From NCBI GenBank assembly GCA_040954595.2, contig CM082580.2, positions 4,826,783-4,890,782 on the forward strand: a DNA stretch of 64,000 bases. The letters are read 5' to 3'. Made by a program: the position numbers and the translations under genes. Source of the DNA: Balanoglossus misakiensis. Lineage: Eukaryota > Animalia > Hemichordata. The notes under the pieces are model-generated. The model did no database searches, had not been told where the DNA came from, and worked only from the letters and a program-made list of their open reading frames with translations. Shown one piece after another: positions 39,012-51,106 of this stretch. Numbering within the stretch: position 1 is the first letter of the stretch; each line of letters opens with the position of its first letter.

Positions 39012-39271
39012 GGTTGTGGTGTAACAGTGTGCAATACGATATGCGGTCAATTAACAGCATAGCATTGTGAAGGGCTTGGTGTGGATTTGGTCGCTAAAGG
39101 TACTGTGGGGATTTCTTCACAATCTTTTTACATCACCGTGTCATGGTAACACATTTAAGAAATTAACTGATCCAAAAAAAATTTGGTGTGTGGATTTTTT
39201 TTTAAGTTTTGATTTTTGTAGTCTCGTACCACCACCTGAACTACAACATGGATTTTCTGAATTCATTTCAG

Positions 39272-39346
39272 CATAACTCGGCTGTGTTACATGCCATCTT
39301 TGGCCCTGCTGCTTACACCATAAATACCCACGAACTTCTCCAACCA
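39272..39346 (+). CDS. IGF2BP: Candidate IGF2BP exon 12 in the KH2-KH3 linker (HNSAVLHAIFGPAAYTINTHELLQP)
   Basis: atttcag|CAT ... CCA|gtacgt; 75 nt, phase 0/0, no stop; no homology support. Confidence 0.55.
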
Positions 39347-39641
39347 GTACGTAATTTCATGGGCTCTTTGCACTCCCACATAATTGGTTTGTGATGAGTA
39401 CAATAAGCGTAATGAGAAATGGGGAGTTCGGGCCCCTCGGCCTGGAACATTGAACTTGTACCAATGCGCACTTGAGATGGAAGTATATATTGCCACTGAT
39501 ACATACAACAATGCTATGTACCATGTGACAAGCAATCTCGTGACCTTTAACCTAAAGCCTAGAATGTCCGTTGAGAAATGTGTGTAGTGATTGTCTATGC
39601 TGTGTACCAATTTTAATAACCATGTGTTTTCTTGACTGCAG

Positions 39642-39752
39642 CCTTCTGAAGTAACATATTTGTACATACCCATCAATGCTGTTGGTGCCATCATTGGTGT
39701 CAAGGGCCAAGAAATCAGGGATATCAGTCAAAAGTCATGTGCCAAAGTCAGG
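39642..39752 (+). CDS. IGF2BP: IGF2BP exon 13 (KH3: EVTYLYIPINAVGAIIGVKGQEIRDISQKSCAKVR)
   Basis: ctgcag|CCT ... AGG|gtaaga; KH motif. Confidence 0.93.
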
Positions 39753-39820
39753 GTAAGATTCTTTTATTGTCTCTCTCATTTTAGACTGTCAGGAGGTGGG
39801 GATGTGACCGTGGGGAATTT

Positions 39821-39911
39821 TTAACCCTTTCACCTACATGGTTGTCCAAATCCATTGTTTTCTATGATAACATTGAACATGTATAGAGGAAACTGGGGGT
39901 GAAAGGGTTAA
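39821..39911. mobile_element. piggyBac-like MITE (TTAA TSD)
   Basis: ttaa-ccctttcacc ... ggtgaaaggg-ttaa. Confidence 0.8.
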
Positions 39912-40099
39912 ACTGTTCCTTCAGTTTTCTGAAGTACATGTAGGTCAGTGAAAATGTTGTTGCTGCAGTGAAATTTACCACCAGTATTTTTGTGCGTTAC
40001 AATCACAAAACCACAGTTGCAGTATGCCAGACTATACTATAGCATTATTATTGAACAATGACATTGAGCCGACCATCTTGACTTTGTCCTTGGTGGCAG

Positions 40100-40303
40100 G
40101 TTGAACCACCAAAGAGCGAAGATGACCAGTACAGAGCTGTATACATTGAAGGTTACCCAGACGCTCAGTGGATAGCTCAGTGGTTCATTTATCACAAGAT
40201 TCTAACGGAGGTCTACAATGGCAAGGGTGAAGTCAGTCTAACCTCGGAAATCATGGTTCCCGTCAATATGGTGGGAAGGATCATTGGGAAGCGAGGAAGT
40301 GCT
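40100..40303 (+). CDS. IGF2BP: IGF2BP exon 14 (KH3 end / KH4 start: ...GYPDAQWIAQ...VGRIIGKRGSA)
   Basis: tggcag|GTT ... GCT|gtaagt; cf. GPPEAQFKAQ and AGRVIGKGG. Confidence 0.92.
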
Positions 40304-40709
40304 GTAAGTACAATATCCGTGTACATCCAAAACAGAAATTTGTCTCGTGGGTATACCACAGTCTATTCAAGTTGGCCTATTTGGGAATCTGCTATCATGT
40401 TTAAAGGGAAAGGGTCATCGTGCCATGTGGGTGTCCCCCTTGATGAGAATATGTCCTGCCATACCAACACAAACCTCACTGCAGTCGCCACAACCTGCTG
40501 GGATTTTCAGTTGCTGTCATGCCCAGTCTACGCTACGGTTGGCTGCTTCATTCATTCTAAGAATTATCTAATTTCAGGGATTTGTGGATGAATTGTAATG
40601 AGAGCTGGAGACCATTATTGTACGAAGTGCCGTCTGGTGGAATAACTTCAGTTATTCAGTAACCTACCAGTCTTATTTATTAGGATATTTTCATTTTAAT
40701 TTCCCACAG

Positions 40710-40823
40710 ATTCAAGACCTCGAATTATTGACCAGGGCTGAAATTGATGTACCAAAAGACATTAAACCCAATGAGAAAAATGAAGTCGTCGTACGCATCA
40801 AGGGTCATTTCTTTGCCAGTCAG
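40710..40823 (+). CDS. IGF2BP: IGF2BP exon 15 (KH4: ...LTRAEIDVPKD...RIKGHFFASQ)
   Basis: ccacag|ATT ... CAG|gtaagt; diagnostic GHF(F/Y)ASQ. Confidence 0.94.
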
Positions 40824-41255
40824 GTAAGTAATATGCAGACACTAGAGGGCGCTCACCACTTAGCTAAATGTCATTGTGGAAGAAGTTTCAACAGAATGCT
40901 GGACAAAAATATTTTCAAGAAGTGTGAGCGATAAGCAATCGGCTTCCTGACATTTTCAACATCAGGATACGTTCTAAATTTGTATTTAGATCTCTATTCA
41001 ATTGCAACATCCTTTTATAATGTGTGACATTATATGTAACTTATGTATTTCCTGTATAACTTCGTCTTGTTACTGTAGCTAGTTCAAGCTTGAGTGTGTT
41101 GGTAACCTCTCAGCCAGTTGACATTAAAAGACATTGATTGTCTTGGATTTGATTCTAAGCTATTCATAACTAGCTAATGCTTTTCCAGTATTTAAACTTG
41201 CCACAATATTAATATAACACTAATCAATATTTGCATTTTATTTTTATTTTGACAG

Positions 41256-41441
41256 TCCGCCCAAAGACAAATTCGCTTCATGCTGTATACTGCCAGGGCC
41301 ATGATGCAGTACAACCAGCGCGGAGGAATGGGAGGAGGAATGGAGAGGGAGAGAGATAGGGACAGGGACGGGAGAGGAATGGACAGAGGCATGGAGAGAG
41401 GAATGGACAGAGGCCGTCACGTGAATGGAAACAGGGATTAG
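41256..41441 (+). CDS. IGF2BP: IGF2BP terminal coding exon (SAQRQIRF... plus RG/RD-rich tail)
   Basis: tgacag|TCC; cf. AQRKIR; TAG stop at 41439-41441. Confidence 0.9.
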   Translation, partial: SAQRQIRFMLYTARAMMQYNQRGGMGGGMERERDRDRDGRGMDRGMERGMDRGRHVNGNRD

Positions 41442-44400
41442 GATCAAGGGAACCACACCGGAAGGAACAACCAGGAAAAAAAAGGAATTCTGTGGATTCA
41501 CTCACGTCCGCAAAAAGGGCTACCAGTAATCGTTACCTCATTCTCTGAATTTCATTCTACCAAAGATATAGAAACGACAAAAAAAAGACAAAAAAAAAGA
41601 AGACATGTGTAGTAGAGATCGTAGAACGTTTGTAGAATCTTGTCACGAGATTTTTTGGATTTCTTCACGCTAGTACATCAGTATGTATATCGCCTGTCGG
41701 CTTGTAGACAGGGAAGGGACTGGCAGGTATACACCTCATGTTTAAACAGGTCTTGTGATTTTATGGCATCAAAGTGTGGGCAGACAATGGTGTGGTTGAA
41801 AGAAGGGGGGTTATTATGCGAGAAAAACTGCCAGAAGCAAACTCAAGAAAGCATAAAACATCTTAAATCAAAGAAAAAAAAATTGAAAGAAAAGAACAAA
41901 AAAAAACACTAAAAAAACAGAAAAACAAAAAAATAGCAAAACATAAAAAAATCAAAATGGCCATTATTTTTTTGAAGAGAAGAGTATATTTATGGCCGAA
42001 AATTATATTTACAGACTTTATTTTTATGTTTGATATGAACAGTGAGAGAAAAATAGTAGTACTAAAAACTCAGCAGGGAGAGAATACAGTTTGAATTGTC
42101 AATATTTCTTGTGCTCGTATTGTGCTCCAACTTGGGACAAAAGCACACATTGCTGAAAGTTAGAAACTGCTTTTTTTCATTTCAAGCCTCTGGCCACCTA
42201 CAATAAGCCACATAAAAAACCAAAGAGTTTATTTGGTTTTTTTACGTGTCCAAAAATATACCTCAGAGTCAGTGGCTTGAAACTCGACTAAAAAAACTGA
42301 CTGGATAGACAGGAACAGTGTTCTCCAAGCCAAAAGTGAATCGGTGAGTTCAATGAACCGGAAGATGATTGTGTAAAAATTTACTTCATGATTAGAATCG
42401 CTATCGCTATGACGATATAGCGGCTATTGTTTTCTTGAGATTTTGACCACAAGGGGGCGCTCCTTGTGTCGAACCAAAATTATTTGGCGAAAAAAGGGAG
42501 AGCACTGGAGATGCTTCTTAAACACACGATGCCTTGCCGGATGTGCATGACAATATCTTACAAGCTCTTAAAACCACCAAGTAAAAACATAAAAAAACAA
42601 ACCTGAAACATTTGACTGGCTACTACAGACCTGAATGGTGACTAGCAAAAATATCCTATTTGATTCAATTGTTTTTTGTTTTCTTTCCAAAAAAATACTA
42701 GTCCTAGAAAATTTTCACAAAAATGTTTCTAATTTTCATTTTTTGTTTTTAGTATTCATTTTTTCCTGAATGTATTACATAAATAACCTTTTTGTCATTA
42801 TATACCCGTACCCTGTTCACTCTGTGTACCCCATCTCATGCATTGGAGTGCAATTATAAATAAAATGAGCTTTCACATTTTAGTCTGGCCGCAAGGTGTC
42901 AATGGAAGGCTCGAAAAACAAAACACTGTAGCCTGACCACTTTGCAGTGCTATTGGATGAACGTTTTTTAGTGCTGATAGTTTACCATCAGCTGTGTCCC
43001 TCAGGTCGACCGATCTATCTATTAATCTCATTGATCAATATTCATAATCCATTAACGAGCAGTTTTTCCATAGTAAATCAGTGAACGATAGTGTTAGAGA
43101 GTCTTGAGCAAACGGGCAAATTCACTTCTTATAGTCGGTGATGTATTTGTACATTAGCAGAAAAAAAAAATTCTATTTCACATTGTAATCCAAACTTTTA
43201 GTGATCTTTCAGTAGGTTTCTTGGTGTTCATAACTTGGCCACAGCTTTGTAAACAGGGAATGCATGCGAGGTCGCTGCTGTCGATACAAACGTGACAAGA
43301 TGATTCAAAATTTGCATTTCGTCAATGAAATGAATCGTGGCATTATTTTGAAGAAGAAAAAATACCTTCCGGGCGCCGTTCCTGGTAAGGGTGAATGTTG
43401 ACATTAACGTATAATAAATATATACACATTATATACACATACAAATCTCTTTTGAAGTAGTCGGGGGACCAGCTGTATGGTGTTAGCACTTGCCTTTTTT
43501 TGGAGGAGAGTTCAGATGGTAGACACTGCCAAGTCAGGTTGACCTTTCTTTTTTTACCTCAGGAATATGTATAGTTGTGACTGCTATGGTTTTTTGCTGT
43601 GCAATGGGGGAGAGAGTTGTTTGGACTGGATTTAGCCAAGCAGGGTGGTCTAATTTGGACCTTGGAGGCCAGTATACTACTTTAGAAAATTCACTGTTCT
43701 TATATATTTTAACAATTGATTTAGATTCACTTAATAATACACCACCAACACATTTCAAATTCACAAATCAATTTATCAAATGTACACTTAATTCGAGTCT
43801 TTTTACCCTCGTATGTATCATTTGCCACATGTTTTTTTTTTGTTAAAACATGCTGTATTTTGAGGACTTGCACTTTCGGTGTTCGTCCTGGAAGTGGTTG
43901 TTGTTTTTACTGTTACAAGACTGGGTAACTTAGAAATGCATGCTTCCTTTTAAGTACAAGACTATCCAAATCAACAATAGAACATTCATACATAAATACG
44001 TACAATATTACCAATCTCATGATACATGTATACTCAAATTATAGACATAGGTGTTTCATTAAAAGATGTGAAACGATTCACACTCTGATAATTTCCAAGA
44101 TTGGCCATCGGCCAAAAATTGTTATCAAACATTTATTCACTTGAAAGTCCTGTTAGTTGGCATTTTCAACAGTATTGTCACCATCAACATACATGGGTTA
44201 TGGAGTTTTTCACAGACCATCCAAGTTCAGTTCTGGGACATTGTCTGTATATATTGGACAACAGGTGTTACTATGCGATTGTTGCATTTCACCTGAATGT
44301 ATATGGACCCACCCGTGTGTGTGCGTGTCTTTAATTAGTGAACTCTCATCACTGCAGGCCTGTTAATAATCCACGTAACCTTGGAGACTGGGAGAGTAGT

Positions 44401-44903
44401 GCGTGCCCTTCAAAAGATGCGCTTATATTGACTGTAGATGGTAGCAAAAAACAGCTGTCAAGTCTGACAATGGATCTTTTCACTCTGTTGTCCCCTGTTT
44501 GGAAAAAACGATTCGTCCTCATCAACGATTAAATCAAGTAAAAAACTTCACTCAGGGCAACAACGGTGAAAAGGTTGTAAAATCATCTCAAGCTGTAAAT
44601 ATGCTGCAGGAACGAGCTTGTAAAATAGGGTTAAAAAACAAAAAAGGTATAAACTGCTGTACATTAAAAATGCTGCATGGTGTTTCTTGCTTCCATAGTG
44701 TTGGTGGAGTTTTTGTTGGGCACTGCACGAGAAAATGTCTCCAGGGCTGTGGATGGATAATACCCTTCAGTTCATTTTGAAGTTCTGACCTCTGTGTATG
44801 AGCCACTGTACTTATGCCTAACTGCAGGGCACCATAATTCTTTCTGCCCGTTTGCATTGTTTCATTTCTGTTTTCTACTATGGAATTAAATTATTATTCT
44901 AGC
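41442..44903 (+). other. Putative long IGF2BP 3'UTR
   Basis: A/U-tract-rich sequence, no TE recognised; ATTAAA at 44885-44890 followed by an A-run and a GT-rich downstream element; AATAAA alternatives near 42859, 43414 and 45741. Confidence 0.5.
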
Positions 44904-45589
44904 AAAAAAAAAAATCCTGTTTTTGTGTGAATCATTTGCTGACATCCTAGCTAAGTGTCCCATTAAACTCTCTCACCCCACCCCCTCTTGCAGCCTATAG
45001 CAGACTTATCGTCTGATTGAATGTGCGCCCTCAATGGCTGAATGAAACTGGCAAGAGCTGACTACCAACCAGAGCTACTCAACACCATATGCCCTGATAT
45101 GATGTGTGCCATATGGTGCATTTCCTAAACGGTTCAGGGTGTATCAGTGTGCAACATGTAAAGAGCCTTGGTTATCATAAGGTGACCACTTGAGGGCAGC
45201 AACAGCAAACTTCTGGTCCTTGCCAACCTTGTTACAATAACCCTCACATCATCCACATGTATAATTATATTTTTTTCGTCCCAGCCTTTATTAACCCAGC
45301 ACTGGAAAAAACAACAGTTGATGCAACTCCCAGGAGCCATGTGAATGTTCACTCACTTGTGCATTATTTTTGCAGGATGTACACATGCTAATGCCATGGT
45401 CAACATTTTCAAATCAACAGTGTTGGACTTGTGTGTTATTTAATTAAAAAAAAATCACATTTTCAAAAATTACTGACTCAGTGGAAATTCTTGAGCAATT
45501 TGATTGACAAATTTGGGTGTCTCATGATGAAAAGAAGTCATGAAATTTAAAATTTAACTTTAAAAAGTGTAATCACATTTTGTCGTCTG

Positions 45590-46460
45590 CAGATATCGCA
45601 AGCGCCCTCTATAGTATAAGCTTACAATATTCTGATTTTCGTCTTTGCGTGGCAACGTTTGTTTTTATCTGGGGTCAGTGGCATGGTGGCATCAAGTTCA
45701 GCTTGATGAAGCACTTCCTCATGAAGATTAGTGTGTGACAAATAAAATACAAATTCGAACCTGTTTCAACTAGCATTATCACTTTTCTGGTGTCCGGAGT
45801 GTTCGATTCTACTCAAACTGATTGAAGATATAGGTGCACCTCAGTATGGTGTCACCGGCACCCCTCCGCAATATTAGTATGTCCCACATTGCCCGGATCT
45901 CTGGTACTTGCCATGCGCAGATCAATTTCTTCTGAAGTTTAGTCAATGAAGTTTGAAGTTTGCGAGTGACCGGTTGGGGAGGCTTCCACGGTCGGAGAAA
46001 ATGGATATTCTTACTCCGGTAGGTTACCGTTTTGTGTTTGAGAATGTTTTCCGCTCATTGGCCTCGTCAACACACGGCACCATAAAACTTATAACGCGAA
46101 TCCCGTAAGTCGATCACTTTCAAACGTACGCGTTCGTGAGTTGTTGACGATCGCGTATCGCCGTAGGTTGTCGGTGAAGAAGTGGGCTCGGTCGCGTTTG
46201 AGTCACCGCTCTCGCTGCGGAGCCTACACAATCACTGTGTCAGTCCAGGAGGGTTGTGCTTCGTCCGTCGCTGTCCTCACTAGACCAGTGACAGACGGCA
46301 TTTTCACACCTCACCTCTTTTGACGTTCAGTATGTCTGACGCTACATGCATTACGGGAACTTCACGAACGCGTACGTGAATGAAAGTGGCAATAGTCTAG
46401 ATTCCTGATCACCAGTGCATACAACTGAAGTCGGTTACACTGACTTGTTTGTACGTTGCG
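45590..46460 (+). promoter_or_regulatory. CpG-rich promoter / first-exon region of the myosin-X-like gene
   Basis: Local CpG enrichment surrounding ATG 46001 and donor 46019. Confidence 0.6.
46001..46018 (+). CDS. MYO10: Myosin-X-like first coding exon (MDILTP)
   Basis: gaaaATGG context in a CpG-rich region, donor CCG|gtaggt in phase 0; joins to give MDILTPGNRVWL (cf. human MYO10 MDNFFTEGTRVWL). Confidence 0.62.
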
Positions 46461-47890
46461 TGAAAACCCACCCACTTATTCTTCAAGAAGTCATATTTTG
46501 CTGGTAAATGACATTTTAAAGAGGTGCCTCGACGAGTGAGAAATACTTATACACGAACATTTATTGAGGGTTGTGTTCGACCAATTTTTAAATGTACCAG
46601 ATATTATGCGATGATATGTTGTTTACATATTAATTTGAGCTTGTACTTGAATGAGTGGGGACACCTGTTTGAATGATTTTTATTGCAATAACATGTGACA
46701 TTGCTCGGACGAAATTATTTGATTTATACTAATTATTCAATTATTTTAGTCGGAAGAAATGCACTTCCGGGCATTGTAAATCACCTGTTTGCAACATTGT
46801 TTGTGTGAACTGATGATGATTCAGTAAATGTGTGGGCGTGTTGACCGGAAAGGCATGTCCAAAATATATCAGCGATCTTAATGACATCATTCAAAATTAG
46901 CTATATTTATCGTCACCTTTTGCCCTGTTTTTGTACTGTCGTATGTGCAATTTCTGTACATTTTGTTGTGACAGTGAATTCGGACCCAGTGACTGATTGA
47001 AATTGATTTCTACTGTGTCATGTGACCTTGAAAAGTACAAGTAAGATGATGTCATATGCAAGGAATGGCATTAAACCTGACAATGTCTTAAGAAGAGTCT
47101 GCAGGGAGTCGATACATTCATAGTCACCTTTAATACTGTATCTCTGTAGGAGGTCTATGCTGGACTGTATAGGGCCCTGTTAGATGACCTTCAATTTCTT
47201 TGCACTGTCTTCAATTATCTGTATGCTTGTGAAAATGATGTCTTTACTGTACTTCCTTGGGAGGACTGCCAGCCTTACTTTATAGCAAAGTTGAGTCAAA
47301 GAGTTGTGGGTGAGAAATATACCAAGAAGTAGGGTTTAACCAATAACCATGATTTAGCTGGTGATTTGTCCAATACACACAATTTGTAAATCACAATTAA
47401 ACTGGGATAGAAACCATATGAAAGCAGTTTCAATTGTGACAGGTCAGAGGTCAAATAACTGGAGTACCAAGTAGACCTCTCTCAAAAAGTAGGTCATTTG
47501 GCTTTTAGAACCAACAGTATAAAGTCAGGAAATAGTTTCAGTGAAGAACCCGGGTACAGATAGTATTTCCATGATGCCCAGTAATGTGTTTTATGAAGGT
47601 GACACATTTGTGGATATGGTTTTGAGTATTGATAGGGTGTGTTTTGTGGTATTTTAGGTGAGGCTATAAAACCCACTTTTAATCACAGTGGCTGTGGCTT
47701 TGACATGGAAATCTTATCAAGTATACGTATAAAAAATGCAGGGGAAGTTTTGTTCCTGAACAAAAGCCCTCATGTGGGTTGAGAGAGTGGGAGACAGCAG
47801 TTCTGAATCGTACAGTCAGAGCTTAGCTGTGTAGAGTCAACTGAATAAGTCATTGATGCTCTTCTCAAAGGGTTGACGTAATTCATCTAC

Positions 47891-47966
47891 TATAGCTCTG
47901 CATGGCAGGGCTGTGTCGTACAGTGATTGACACACAAGACACAGCCCTGTCACACAGACAGCTATA
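47891..47966. repeat. Degenerate small hairpin MITE
   Basis: tatagct...cagggctgtgtc / gacacagccctg...agctata; a related end (acagccctgccacacacagcta) is at 28381-28402. Confidence 0.5.
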
Positions 47967-49776
47967 ATTAATACTATACATGTATGGTACAGCTCAGCAT
48001 GCATAATATTTTATTTTTTGAATAAATATAAATGAATTTTATATATTAACGAGAAATAACAACTAAGGTGGAAAAATATAAATATGTGCAGCTTGAAATG
48101 TCTCTTGTACATATACCACTGCCTATTTATTTATCAAGTTAGTGGGAAGTAAAATAGTGTTGTTTATAGGAAATCTCAAGGAACTTGTATAGGCAGTGCT
48201 ATATTTGTCCACATCTTGTTTAGTTTTCTCAGAGAACATGTGTACCCAACCCATCAGGAAAAGTATTCAAGCTGGTCATGTTTGACATACCACAACATGT
48301 ACTTTTTAGTAAAGGAAACATTGACCAGTACAGGAATTAAGAGATTAGCCAAACAAAACCTCATATGTAAAAGGGTTGACTTAAAAATGTCAACATAGCG
48401 TGCATTGTCACACTGAAGTAGTTTGTTTTACAAGATGTATGGACCAGATCTGCCAGGTGTGTCTGCACAGTCCATCTCTTGTTTTTGTAAGATTCCAGTT
48501 CATGAGTTTATTTTATTATAATTTATAACTTCCTCTGAAATATTGCCCACTTCCTTTGCTGGAACGCAAATGTTGATGATTCTTGTGCAAAAATCAAACA
48601 CCTAAAGCCTTGTTGATTTCTCTGGTAAAAATTTGCAAATTTGACCACAGGTCAACATTCTCCACAGGAATGTCTGCTGCAGCAGTGGTTAATTTACATA
48701 ACAATACATCCGATTGTTATGGTAATGATTTCCATTGTGCTCCCCCAAATTTTAAGGGTATCAGTTGATGCTTGTTTGATTGCTCTGGGGAGAACACTGT
48801 TGATGATTTACATTCTTATTTGAAAGACATTTCCTTTGTCCTTTTATCCTACTTGTCCCTGAAAACATGAGATTTTTTATACTAAAGTCTAAAGAAATGT
48901 CAGCCAAAGGGGACAAAATCAAAATTGTCTTTTTTAATTTTTGACTCAGAACATTAAAATGTGTTTATCTGATATGAAATAAGCCATACAGTATTACTAT
49001 ATGCCAAGCATTCACATCTTCAGTTCTGTTTCTTCGGGAGAAAATTCAGTCTCAATACTGGCACTATGTTTCTCCTCATGAGTAATATAATACCTCATAA
49101 ACATTACAGTCTGCTATTACTCTGGTTCAAATGATTATCAAGGGGCCGTCTTGCACTGATCTGTCTGCAGCTAAAACCAGTCATTGTACCACTGTCGTAC
49201 TCCAACTATGATAAGCCATAGTTACAGTCGATCCTACACTACACCTGAATTTTTTTGTCCTCTACAGGTTTATAAACTTTTGTATGGAAGTGGTGTTTTG
49301 GATATTAGATATATATTCCTGAAAAAACAAACATTTATTGATTTGAAATTGCACTGTCAGCATATATCCACAATACAGAATCAGCTCACTTATTATTAAA
49401 AGTGTTATGGAAAAACTGTGATAATTTTTGTCAGTTTGACCAATTCTTTGTGGAATAATTCAGATATGAAGAATAACTCTAGTACAGACCTGATCAGAGT
49501 GATTAATTGTATCATATTCATAATACCCAAACTGCATTGTGGCAATGGAGTTTAAAGGAAACATGAAATATAATACAGCTTTGGAATTATGTAATTTTTT
49601 GCCGTGTGCCACGTTTCTTTTCCGTAGCACCTCTTTTCCTGCACCAGTTGGATCCTGTGTGACTAGATTTATCTTGTCAAGCAGGATCCAAGGCATTGCA
49701 CCTACACCTTCAAGGTCAAGGCTGGTTGCCATGGCAATGTGCGATTTCTTTGTGCGTTGAGCTGGCAAGGCTGCGC

Positions 49777-49799
49777 GGGGGGGGGGGGGGGGGGGGGGG
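49777..49799. repeat. Poly-G tract (others at 18026-18042 and 62403-62424)
   Basis: Direct inspection. Confidence 0.9.
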
Positions 49800-50874
49800 A
49801 TTTAAACTTGCCAGGGCTTTGAGTGAAATCTATTCTCTCAGATCGCGCCGAGAAAGGAAGGTTGGTTTCATGGCCGTTTCAATTGGATTGCCTCTAAGCG
49901 GTACTCATCTCTCCTGCAGAAGATAAGTGGAATTGAACCTTGGCAGATTTCTATAATCCCTTCAAAGTGAGCTTTATGTAGTTCAGAAAATATCAAAGCT
50001 GTCCAATTTTTACTCATGATGCAAAGTAAATTTAGACACGGCTTTATAGGTAGATTTCATATACATGTAGAGCCTGTGTAATGAACAGAACAGGTCATTT
50101 CACCATCCATATACTTTTCCAATTATAATTGTACAATAATTGCTGAAACAGTCACACTCACTACAGTCGCTTGCACACGTGCAATGATTAGGGCGCCCTT
50201 TTTTGGATTATAAAAGTTGGCAAACATTTCTTATCAGCGACTCAAATAGTTTTGCATTCACATGTGTATAAAAGGGACGGGATCACCGCACTCGGACATT
50301 TATGCAAATTAGGTTCAAATAGGCTTCATGGTGCGATTGAAAATCAAGGACACATTTCGCCACTTGTCCCATTTGTTGTTCCACATCAAATAAATGGAAG
50401 ATCCGAGAAAATTATAAGCGCTTCTACGGTACCGCCTGTGAGTCTTACAGCTTTGAAACCAGTGCGTAATATACTAGTAGCATGACTCCATGCTAGTAGT
50501 AAAAGCATACGGGGATGTGGCTTTGAGTTGGTCCCTTGGGACAAAGACGTTTTTAATTTATTCACGCACAGGGATGTATTTTTAGCCAGACAATGGCAAG
50601 ACCTAGTTGCCTAGCAATTATCACCATGAACTTTGCTACAAGTTTCACTACCACTTCCACTGGGCGTCTCAATTTTTTCAGCAGAGCCCCAGCTGCAGTA
50701 AGTTCCGACTACCTCAAGGCTTTGCCTGTAGGTTTTGGGGCTCCTCATTTTACTGATGACCATCAGCAACAAGGCAAATTGACCGTTGACTAAGCAAGGT
50801 GCTAAACATCGCTCTTTTCAGAGGGGTAATTTTACATGCAAGCTCATTAGAAACTGCCACTTGTATCCCCTCAA

Positions 50875-51106
50875 ACCGCGTCGGCAGAGTGCGTTTAGAT
50901 CGGCGTTTAGTGCGGTGTTTCTGTTCACACGTGATTTGAATCGCTGTTTAGTGCGGCGCCCCGACCCAGGTCCCACCCCTCAACACCGTCACAAAAAAAG
51001 AGCGGCGCAGGGCCGCTCTCACCTTTTCACACGTGGCACTTACAAATTAACGCCGCCCTAGCGCCGCCGCTGGGGCGGCGTTGACGGCACGTGAGAAAAG
51101 GGTTTA
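50875..51106. mobile_element. GC-rich DNA-transposon fragment (possibly Harbinger-like), one end visible
   Basis: Repeated ttcacacgtg and gcggcg motifs ending cacgtgagaaaagggttta; matching left end not found. Confidence 0.4.

Noticed and set aside
41442-41612. 56 open codons in frame after the IGF2BP TAG stop (possible readthrough)
   Set aside because: TAG-G is not a leaky stop context, the stretch is A-rich, and an open run of this length is plausible by chance; no conservation data.
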